Below are positions 1-10,117 of a stretch of 10,117 nt of DNA, piece after piece. The DNA comes from a virus, in the UHGV virus genome UHGV-1654939. One strand, written 5' to 3'. A program made the position numbers and the translations under genes. Every line of letters starts with the position of its first letter. Position 1 is the stretch's first letter. The notes below the pieces were generated by a model, which worked only from the letters and a program-made list of their open reading frames with translations, did no database searches and had not been told where the DNA came from.

Positions 1-1
1 T

Positions 2-179
2 ACTTTCGTGCTGTCGCGTATAGCAAGGGAAATATCCAGTATTCTCGACGGTATTCCTCTGTCGGTGCAGCGACGTTTTCCTGAGCTGGATAACCGGCAT
101 ATTGATTTCCTGAAACGGGATATCATCAAAGCCATGAACAAAGCAGCCGCGCTGGATGAACTGATACCGGGGTTGCTGA

Positions 180-205
<26 letters not shown>
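2..205 (+). CDS. nu1: Terminase small subunit, C-terminal part (5' end lies outside the window)
   Basis: Open frame entering from the window start (track ORF 8..205). The translation ...DNRHIDFLKRDIIKAMNKAAALDELIPGLLSEYIEQSD matches what I recall of the lambda Nu1 C-terminus. It overlaps the next gene by 26 nt (180-205), as in lambda. Confidence 0.88.
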
Positions 206-3886
<3,681 letters not shown>

Positions 3887-3906
<20 letters not shown>

Positions 3907-5206
3907 TCTCCCGCATATTGCCAGCATGGCCTTTAATGAGCCGCTGATGCTTGAACCCGCCTATGCGCGGGTTTTCTTTTGTGCGCTTGCAGGCCAGCTT
4001 GGGATCAGTCGCCTGACGGATGCGGTGTCCGGCGACAGTCTGACTGCCGGAGAGGCACCCGCGACGCTGGCGTTATCCGGTGATGATGACGGACCACGAC
4101 AGGCCCGCAGTTATCAGGTCATGAACGGCATCGCCGTGCTGCCGGTGTCCGGCACGCTGGTCAGCCGGACGCGGGCGCTGCAGCCGTATTCGGGGATGAC
4201 CGGTTACAACGGCATTATCGCCCGTCTGCAACAGGCTGCCAGCGACCCGATGGTGGACGGCATTCTGCTGGATATGGACACGCCCGGCGGAATGGTGGCA
4301 GGGGCATTTGACTGCGCTGACATCATCGCCCGTGTGCGTGACATAAAACCGGTATGGGCGCTTGCCAACGACATGAACTGCAGTGCAGGTCAGTTGCTTG
4401 CCAGTGCCGCCTCCCGGCGTCTGGTCACGCAGACCGCCCGGACAGGCTCCATCGGCGTCATGATGGCTCACAGTAATTACGGTGCTGCGCTGGAGAAACA
4501 GGGCGTGGAAATCACGCTGATTTACAGCGGCAGCCATAAGGTGGATGGCAACCCCTACAGCCATCTACCGGATGATGTCCGGGAAACACTGCAGTCCCGG
4601 ATGGATGCAACCCGCCGGATGTTTGCACAGAAGGTGTCGGCATATACCGGCCTGTCCGTGCAGGCTGTGCTGGATACCGAGGCTGCAGTGTACAGCGGTC
4701 AGGAGGCCATTGATGCCGGACTGGCTGATGAACTTGTTAACAGTACCGATGCGATCACCGTCATGCGTGATGCACTGGATGCACGTAAATCCCGTCTCTC
4801 AGGAGGGCGAATGACCAAAGAGACTCAATCAACAACTGTTTCAGCCACTGCTTCGCAGGCTGACGTTACTGACGTGGTGCCAGCGACGGAGGGCGAGAAC
4901 GCCAGCGCGGCGCAGCCGGACGTGAACGCGCAGATCACCGCAGCGGTTGCGGCAGAAAACAGCCGCATTATGGGGATCCTCAACTGTGAGGAGGCTCACG
5001 GACGCGAAGAACAGGCCCGCGTGCTGGCAGAAACCCCCGGTATGACCGTGGAAACGGCCCGCCGCATTCTGGCCGCAGCACCACAGAGTGCACAGGCGCG
5101 CAGTGACACTGCGCTGGATCGTCTGATGCAGGGGGCACCGGCACCGCTGGCTGCAGGTAACCCGGCATCTGATGCCGTTAACGATTTGCTGAACACACCA
5201 GTGTAA
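3887..5206 (+). CDS. C: Prohead protease / scaffold-processing protein gpC (S49 SppA-type peptidase), 439 aa
   Basis: Same frame as track ORF 3749..5206, but I place the start at GTG 3887-3889. It is preceded by GAGGAGG (3874-3880) and overlaps the end of B by 20 nt, giving the lambda length of 439 aa. The upstream ATG at 3749 would add 46 codons read across B in another frame. Confidence 0.88.
4601..5206 (+). CDS. nu3: Scaffolding protein Nu3, in-frame internal start within C, 201 aa
   Basis: ATG at 4601-4603 in the C frame, shared stop at 5204-5206. The translation MDATRRMFAQKVSAYTGLSVQAVLDTEAAVYSGQEAIDAGLADELV... matches lambda Nu3. The nested arrangement is established lambda biology. 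Confidence 0.75.
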   Translation: MDATRRMFAQKVSAYTGLSVQAVLDTEAAVYSGQEAIDAGLADELVNSTDAITVMRDALDARKSRLSGGRMTKETQSTTVSATASQADVTDVVPATEGENASAAQPDVNAQITAAVAAENSRIMGILNCEEAHGREEQARVLAETPGMTVETARRILAAAPQSAQARSDTALDRLMQGAPAPLAAGNPASDAVNDLLNTPV

Positions 5207-5215
5207 GGGATGTTT

Positions 5216-5548
5216 ATGACGAGCAAAGAAACCTTTACCCATTACCAGCCGCTGGGCAACAGTGACCCGGCTCATACCGCAACCGCGCCAGGCGGATTGA
5301 GTGCGAAAGCGCCTGCAATGACCCCGCTGATGCTGGACACCTCCAGCCGTAAGCTGGTTGCGTGGGATGGCACCACCGACGGTGCTGCCGTTGGCATTCT
5401 TGCAGTTGCTGCTGACCAGACCAGCACCACGCTGACGTTCTACAAGTCCGGCACGTTCCGTTATGAGGATGTGCTCTGGCCGGAGGCTGCCAGCGACGAG
5501 ACGAAAAAACGGACCGCGTTTGCCGGAACGGCAATCAGCATCGTTTAA
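5216..5548 (+). CDS. D: Head decoration protein gpD, 110 aa
   Basis: Track ORF 5210..5548. I take the second ATG (5216), giving [12 protein letters not shown]... and the lambda length of 110 aa. Confidence 0.94.
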   Translation: MTSKETFTHYQPLGNSDPAHTATAPGGLSAKAPAMTPLMLDTSSRKLVAWDGTTDGAAVGILAVAADQTSTTLTFYKSGTFRYEDVLWPEAASDETKKRTAFAGTAISIV

Positions 5549-5565
5549 CCTGACCCTTCATCACT

Positions 5566-5590
5566 AAAGGCCGCCTGTGCGGCTTTTTTT
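5566..5590 (+). terminator. GC stem-loop followed by a T-tract in the D-E intergenic spacer (terminator-like or RNA-stabilising hairpin)
   Basis: Stem GCCGC (5570-5574) and GCGGC (5579-5583) around loop CTGT, flanked by AAA on the 5' side and TTTTTTT (5584-5590) on the 3' side. A second T-run follows before the E start. Confidence 0.4.
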
Positions 5591-5603
5591 ACGGGATTTT
5601 TTT

Positions 5604-6629
5604 ATGTCGATGTACACAACCGCCCAGCTGCTGGCGGCAAATGAGCAGAAATTTAAGTTTGATCCGCTGTTTCTGCGTCTCTTTTTCCGTGAGAGCTATC
5701 CCTTCACCACGGAAAAAGTCTATCTCTCACAAATTCCGGGACTGGTAAACATGGCGCTGTACGTTTCGCCGATTGTTTCCGGTGAGGTTATCCGTTCCCG
5801 TGGCGGCTCCACCTCTGAATTTACGCCGGGATATGTCAAACCCAAGCATGAGGTGAATCCGCAGATGACCCTGCGTCGCCTGCCGGATGAAGATCCGCAG
5901 AATCTGGCGGACCCGGCTTACCGTCGCCGTCGCATCATCATGCAGAACATGCGTGACGAAGAGCTGGCCATTGCTCAGGTCGAAGAGATGCAGGCAGTTT
6001 CTGCCGTGCTCAAGGGCAAATACACCATGACCGGTGAAGCCTTCGATCCGGTTGAGGTGGATATGGGCCGCAGTGCGGCGAACAACATCACGCAGTCCGG
6101 CGGCACGGAGTGGAGCAAGCGTGACAAGTCCACGTATGACCCGACCGACGATATCGAAGCCTACGCGCTGAACGCCAGCGGTGTGGTGAATATCATCGTG
6201 TTCGATCCGAAAGGCTGGGCGCTGTTCCGTTCCTTCAAAGCCGTCAGGGAGAAGCTGGATACCCGTCGCGGCTCTCATTCCGAACTGGAGACAGCGGTAA
6301 AAGACCTGGGCAAAGCGGTGTCCTATAAGGGGATGTATGGCGATGTGGCCATCGTCGTGTATTCCGGACAGTACGTGGAAAACGGCGTCAAAAAGAACTT
6401 CCTGCCGGACAACACGATGGTGCTGGGGAACACTCAGGCACGCGGTCTGCGCACCTATGGCTGCATTCAGGATGCGGACGCACAGCGCGAAGGCATTAAC
6501 GCCTCTGCCCGTTACCCGAAAAACTGGGTGACCACCGGCGATCCGGCGCGTGAGTTCACCATGATTCAGTCAGCACCGCTGATGCTGCTGGCTGATCCTG
6601 ATGAGTTCGTGTCTGTACAACTGGCGTAA
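5604..6629 (+). CDS. E: Major capsid protein gpE, 341 aa
   Basis: Track ORF 5577..6629. The start is taken at ATG 5604 (MSMYTTAQLLAANEQKF...), giving the lambda length of 341 aa. The longer track start would run through the upstream hairpin. Confidence 0.96.
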   Translation: MSMYTTAQLLAANEQKFKFDPLFLRLFFRESYPFTTEKVYLSQIPGLVNMALYVSPIVSGEVIRSRGGSTSEFTPGYVKPKHEVNPQMTLRRLPDEDPQNLADPAYRRRRIIMQNMRDEELAIAQVEEMQAVSAVLKGKYTMTGEAFDPVEVDMGRSAANNITQSGGTEWSKRDKSTYDPTDDIEAYALNASGVVNIIVFDPKGWALFRSFKAVREKLDTRRGSHSELETAVKDLGKAVSYKGMYGDVAIVVYSGQYVENGVKKNFLPDNTMVLGNTQARGLRTYGCIQDADAQREGINASARYPKNWVTTGDPAREFTMIQSAPLMLLADPDEFVSVQLA

Positions 6630-6631
6630 TC

Positions 6632-6653
6632 ATGGCCCTTCGGGGCCATTTTC
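6632..6653 (+). terminator. Perfect 7-bp hairpin with a TTCG tetraloop in the E-FI spacer (terminator-like or mRNA-stabilising)
   Basis: ATGGCCC (6632-6638), loop TTCG (6639-6642), GGGCCAT (6643-6649), then TTTTCTCTCT. It sits immediately after the E stop (6627-6629) and before the FI ribosome-binding site GGAGG. Confidence 0.4.
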
Positions 6654-6670
6654 TCTCTGTGGAGGAGTTC

Positions 6671-7069
6671 ATGACGAAAGATGAACTGATTGCCCGTCTT
6701 CAGGAGCTGGGTGAGCAACTGAACCGCGATGTCAGTTTGACGGGAACGAAAGAAGAACTGGCGCTTCGTGTGGCAGAGCTGGAAGAGGAGCTTGATGACA
6801 CGGATGAAACTGCCGGTCAGGACACCCCTCTCAGCCGGGAAAATGTGCTGACCGGGCATGAAAATGAGGTGGTATCAGCGCAGCCGGATACCGTGATTCA
6901 GGATACGGCTGAACTGGTCACGGTCGTGGCACTGGTGACGCTGCATACTGATGCACTTCACGCCACGCGGGATGAACCTGTGGCATTTGTGCTGCCGGGA
7001 ACGGCGTTTCGTGTCTCTGCCGGTGTGGCAGCCGAAATGACAGAACGTGGCCTGGCCAGAATGCAATAA
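6671..7069 (+). CDS. FI: DNA-packaging / head assembly protein gpFI, 132 aa
   Basis: Track ORF 6632..7069. The start is taken at ATG 6671, which is preceded by GGAGGAG (6661-6667). MTKDELIARLQELGEQLNRD... matches lambda FI. Confidence 0.92.
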   Translation: MTKDELIARLQELGEQLNRDVSLTGTKEELALRVAELEEELDDTDETAGQDTPLSRENVLTGHENEVVSAQPDTVIQDTAELVTVVALVTLHTDALHATRDEPVAFVLPGTAFRVSAGVAAEMTERGLARMQ

Positions 7070-7080
7070 CGGGAGGCGCT

Positions 7081-7434
7081 GTGGCTGATTTCGATAACCT
7101 GTTCGATGCTGCCATTGCTCGCGCTGATGAAACGATACGCGGGTACATGGGAACGTCAGCCACCATGACATCCGGTGAGCAGTCCGGTGCTGTGATACGT
7201 GGTGTTTTTGATGACCCTGAAAATATCAGCTATGCCGGACAGGGCGTGCGCGTTGAAGGCTCCAGCCCGTCCCTGTTTGTCCGGACTGATGATGTGCGGC
7301 AGCTGCGGCGTGGAGACACGCTGACCATCGGTGAGGAAAACTTCTGGATAGACCGGATTTCGCCGGATGATGGCGGAAGTTGTCATCTCTGGCTTGGACG
7401 GGGCGTACCGCCTGCCGTTAACCGTCGCCGCTGA
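7081..7434 (+). CDS. FII: Head completion / head-tail connector protein gpFII, 117 aa
   Basis: Track ORF 7081..7434. The start codon is GTG, preceded by GGGAGG. MADFDNLFDAAIARADETIRGYMG... and the 117-aa length are as in lambda FII. Confidence 0.92.
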   Translation: MADFDNLFDAAIARADETIRGYMGTSATMTSGEQSGAVIRGVFDDPENISYAGQGVRVEGSSPSLFVRTDDVRQLRRGDTLTIGEENFWIDRISPDDGGSCHLWLGRGVPPAVNRRR

Positions 7435-7445
7435 AAGGGGGATGT

Positions 7446-7808
7446 ATGGCCATAAAAGGTCTTGAGCAGGCCGTTGAAAACCTCAGCCGTATCAGCAGAA
7501 CGGCGGTGCCCGGTGCCGCCGCAATGGCCATTAACCGCGTTGCTTCATCCGCGATATCGCAGTCGGTGGTACAGGTTGCCCGTGAGACAAAGGTACGCCG
7601 GAAACTGGTAAAGGAAAGGGCCAGGCTGAAAAGGGCCACGGTCAAAAATCCGCAGGCCAGAATCAAGGTTAACCGGGGGGATTTGCCCGTAATAAAGCTG
7701 GGTAACGCGCGGGTTGTCCTGTCCCGACGCAGGCGTCGTAAAAAGGGGCAGCGTTCAGCCCTGAAAGGTGGCGGCAGTGTGCTTGTGGTGGGTAGAGTCG
7801 ACTCGTAA
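7446..7808 (+). pseudogene. Z: Truncated tail-completion gene Z: about 116 lambda-like codons, then 4 unrelated codons (RVDS) and a stop
   Basis: Track ORF 7446..7808 is 120 aa, against 192 aa for lambda gpZ as I recall it. The start is 11 nt after the FII stop, as in lambda. MAIKGLEQAVENLSRIS... is Z-like up to ...GGGSVLVVG (through nt 7793), after which the frame ends at TAA 7806-7808. Confidence 0.8.
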
Positions 7809-7833
7809 GGTTAGGGATTCAGATTATGCGAAC

Positions 7834-8916
7834 ATGCAAACGCTGATTAACAGCGACACAAAACGTATATACGTTCGCTTTGTTGTTAATGGAAACTGGA
7901 CAGCGTGGAGTCAGGTTGTTGTTTCCGGATGGAATCAGGATATAACTGTCAGGTCGTTAACCACATCTAGTCCGGTAAAATCTGGCGGAGGGCGAATTGA
8001 TGTCCTTGGAAGCACGTCAGACTATAGCAAAATGGATTGCTTTGTACGTGGGTTTGATAGCACCGGTAATTCTCTCGCGTGGGCGTTGGGTTCATCAGCC
8101 GGCGTAAGTAAGATGCTGTCGCTAAAAAATTTCTTTAGCGGAGCTGAGATACTGTTAAATGGTAATGACGGCGCGGTTCAACTCAAAACAGGTGCTGTTA
8201 ACGGGGCTACAGCGCAGGCGCTCACTATCAACAGGAATGAGGTTAACTCAACCGTTGATTTAACCCTTACAAAGCAATCAGGGACTGGTAATCGTTTTGT
8301 TTTACAGAACTCAGGTAATGCAGAACTACCGTTTTCTGTCAGGGTGTGGGGTTCCAGTACTCGACAAAACGTTTTTGAGGTTGGCACGTCTGCTGCGTAT
8401 CTGTTTTATGCGCAAAAAACGTCAGCAGGCCAGTTGTTTGATGTAAATGGCGCTATTAATTGCACAACGCTGAATCAGTCATCAGACCGCGACCTTAAAG
8501 ACGATATTCTCGTTATCAGCGACGCGACGAAAGCAATCCGTAAAATGAACGGATACACCTACACGCTCAGGGAAAACGGGATGCCTTATGCTGGCGTTAT
8601 TGCACAGGAAGTAATGGAGGCGATACCAGAAGCTGTGGGATCGTTTACTCATTACGGTGAAGAGTTGCAAGGCCCGACCGTTGACGGCAACGAGCTACGC
8701 GAAGAAACGCGCTATCTTAATGTTGACTACGCCGCCGTGACGGGTTTACTTGTTCAGGTCGCCCGTGAAACAGATGATCGCGTTACCGCGCTGGAAGAGG
8801 AAAACACAACGCTACGTCAAAATCTGGCAACAGCAGACACCCGGATCAGCACTCTGGAAAATCAGGTAAGCGAACTGGTTGCACTTGTCCGGCAGTTAAC
8901 AGGAAGCGAACATTGA
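7834..8916 (+). CDS. Tail fibre C-terminal fragment: distal receptor-binding region plus intramolecular chaperone (peptidase S74-like) domain. It lacks an N-terminal tail-attachment part and may be a pseudogene.
   Basis: Track ORF 7768..8916. The first 22 codons are Z sequence read in another frame, so I take the first in-frame ATG after the junction (7834). The motif SSDRDLKDDI begins at 8479, followed by GYTYTL and a C-terminal heptad-like segment (TALEEENTTLRQNLATADTRISTLENQVSELVALV). This is the characteristic layout of self-cleaving chaperone domains of phage fibres and tailspikes. There is no convincing ribosome-binding site. Confidence 0.6.
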   Translation: MQTLINSDTKRIYVRFVVNGNWTAWSQVVVSGWNQDITVRSLTTSSPVKSGGGRIDVLGSTSDYSKMDCFVRGFDSTGNSLAWALGSSAGVSKMLSLKNFFSGAEILLNGNDGAVQLKTGAVNGATAQALTINRNEVNSTVDLTLTKQSGTGNRFVLQNSGNAELPFSVRVWGSSTRQNVFEVGTSAAYLFYAQKTSAGQLFDVNGAINCTTLNQSSDRDLKDDILVISDATKAIRKMNGYTYTLRENGMPYAGVIAQEVMEAIPEAVGSFTHYGEELQGPTVDGNELREETRYLNVDYAAVTGLLVQVARETDDRVTALEEENTTLRQNLATADTRISTLENQVSELVALVRQLTGSEH

Positions 8917-9099
8917 TATCCTTCAAGCTCTGAAGGAGGCTGTTCCCGGTACGTTCAGACTGTTGTTGAGCTGGAAATCGCAACGGAGGAAGAGAAAGCG
9001 TTACTGGCCGCATGGAAAAAGTATCGGGTGTTGCTGAACCGTGTTGATACATCAACTGCACCGGATATTGAGTGGCCTGCTGTCCCTGTTATGGAGTAA
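8917..9099 (+). pseudogene. tfa: Tail fibre assembly protein (tfa-type) 3' remnant, with no start codon of its own
   Basis: Directly after the fibre TGA (8914-8916) and in the same frame, the translation runs ...[44 protein letters not shown] to TAA 9097-9099. I recognise this ending as the conserved C-terminus of lambda-type Tfa proteins. Exactly where the tfa homology begins is not determined. Confidence 0.5.
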
Positions 9100-9443
9100 T
9101 CGTTTTGTGATATGCCGCAGACACGTCGTATGCAGGAACGTGCTGCGGCTGGCTGGTGAACTTTCAATAGTGCGAGTATTGAATGATTTCCAGCTGTTAT
9201 CGATTTTATGTGTTTTTTGCATGAGGGGATTTCCACCACCTCCCACCGACCATCTAAGACTTTATGCCACTGTCCCTAGGACTGCTATGTACTAGGAGCG
9301 GATGTTAAACTCAGACTCGTTTCAGCTACATTGCGTTTTGAATAATATTTCATCATAATAACTCTTTGAAAAATGTGATCTTTTCATTTATAACACTGAT
9401 GACTTGCTTATCTCATTGGGATATCGGAGGAGAATACTTAACT

Positions 9444-9572
9444 ATGACAAGCCCGATTATTATGACACTGGCTATATTATATAGATTGATATTAAAATGT
9501 AGGATTAGGTTCTTGCCAAGGTGTCAAGATTTACAGATAGGTTTAAAACCATATAAATATGTTTTACGGTGA
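9444..9572 (+). CDS. Hypothetical small hydrophobic peptide, 42 aa (possible single-helix membrane peptide)
   Basis: ATG 9444 is preceded by GGAGGAG (9426-9432). The peptide MTSPIIMTLAILYRLILKCRIRFLPRCQDLQIGLKPYKYVLR has a hydrophobic N-half and a basic C-half. It is the 3' part of track ORF 9366..9572. No homology is known to me, and it could be chance in AT-rich DNA. Confidence 0.2.
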   Translation: MTSPIIMTLAILYRLILKCRIRFLPRCQDLQIGLKPYKYVLR

Positions 9573-9612
9573 GATACAATACATATTGTAAGGCATAAAC
9601 GCTTGGTAAAAT
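9531..9612 (+). promoter_or_regulatory. Candidate sigma70-type promoter elements upstream of the 9637 ORF
   Basis: TTACAG (9531-9536) lies 17 nt before TAAATA (9554-9559). TTGTAA (9586-9591) lies 15 nt before TAAAAT (9607-9612). These are hexamer matches by eye in AT-rich DNA, where such matches are frequent. Confidence 0.2.
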
Positions 9613-9636
9613 TTTAATTATTGGAAGAAGCTAATC

Positions 9637-10117
9637 ATGGAACCCATATCAATTACAGTGGCAACTTATGTAGCAACTAAACTTATTGATCAATTCATCT
9701 CTCAAGAAGGATATGGTTGTATTAAGAAAGCATTATTCCCCCAAAAAAGATACGTGGATAGATTATATCAACTAATTGAAGAGACGGCAATTGAGTTTGA
9801 AGAAACATATCCAGTAGAAAGTGGAGCAATACCATTTTATCATTCCGAACCATTGTTTGAGATGTTGAATGAGCACATCTTGTTTAAAGAGTTCCCTGAC
9901 AAAGAGATATTATTAGACAAGTTCAAAGAATATCCAAGTATCACTCCCCCAACTCAACAACAACTCAGCCTTTTTTATGAGATGTTATCATTAAAAATCA
10001 ATAATTGTTCGAAGTTAAAAAAGCTACATATCGAAGAAACGTATAAAGAAAAAATATTCGATATTAATGAAGAGCTCATTCAAGTTAAACTTATTTTACG
10101 GTCTATAGATGAGAAAC
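9637..10117 (+). CDS. Hypothetical protein, N-terminal 160 aa or more (continues beyond the window); unassigned
   Basis: I translated this by hand from ATG 9637 and found no stop codon through nt 10117: MEPISITVATYVATKLIDQFISQEGYGCIKKALFPQKRYVDRLYQLIEETAIEFEETYPVESGAIPFYHSEPLFEMLNEHILFKEFPDKEILLDKFKEYPSITPPTQQQLSLFYEMLSLKINNCSKLKKLHIEETYKEKIFDINEELIQVKLILRSIDEK. It is absent from the ORF track, presumably because it has no stop in the window. A weak Shine-Dalgarno-like GGAAGAAG sits at 9623-9630. Codon usage fits the local ~32% GC. Confidence 0.6.
   Translation, partial: MEPISITVATYVATKLIDQFISQEGYGCIKKALFPQKRYVDRLYQLIEETAIEFEETYPVESGAIPFYHSEPLFEMLNEHILFKEFPDKEILLDKFKEYPSITPPTQQQLSLFYEMLSLKINNCSKLKKLHIEETYKEKIFDINEELIQVKLILRSIDEK

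Noticed and set aside
7768-7833. ATG 7768 as the start of the tail-fibre ORF
   Set aside because: These codons are Z sequence read in another frame, so the open frame there is incidental. Fibre-like sequence begins only after the junction.
8955-9295. ORFs 8955..9239 (-), 9052..9246 (-) and 9041..9295 (+) in the region after tfa
   Set aside because: They are short, overlap the tfa remnant or each other, and have no ribosome-binding site or recognisable motif. Most likely noise.
9100-9640. Possible tRNA, phage attachment core or invertase crossover site in the non-coding stretch after tfa
   Set aside because: I found no tRNA-like acceptor or T-arm pattern and no match to the lambda attP core that I recall (GCTTTTTTATACTAA). 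No recombinase-like gene is visible nearby. A GTTCGAA at about 10007 lies inside the coding frame with no tRNA context.

Overview
This window is the left end of a lambda-type phage late operon, all on the + strand, joined to two blocks of different composition. From my recollection of phage lambda, the proteins are near-identical to the 3' end of nu1, then A, W, B, C with nested nu3, D, E, FI and FII, with lambda-like lengths and gene overlaps. The operon breaks inside Z at about codon 116 (nt ~7794). No U, V, G/T, H, M, L, K, I or J tail genes follow. Instead there is a lower-GC ~1.1 kb segment encoding the C-terminal part of a tail fibre with an intramolecular-chaperone-type domain (SDRDLKDDI motif), then a tail-fibre-assembly (tfa) 3' remnant in the same frame after the TGA. 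From ~9300 the DNA is about one-third G+C and carries a small hydrophobic ORF and the 5' part of an ORF (9637 to window end, at least 160 codons) that I cannot assign to any family. That last ORF is the best candidate for novel cargo, but its function is unknown from this window. I saw no tRNA, rRNA or CRISPR array. All identity statements rest on recognition, not on a computed alignment.
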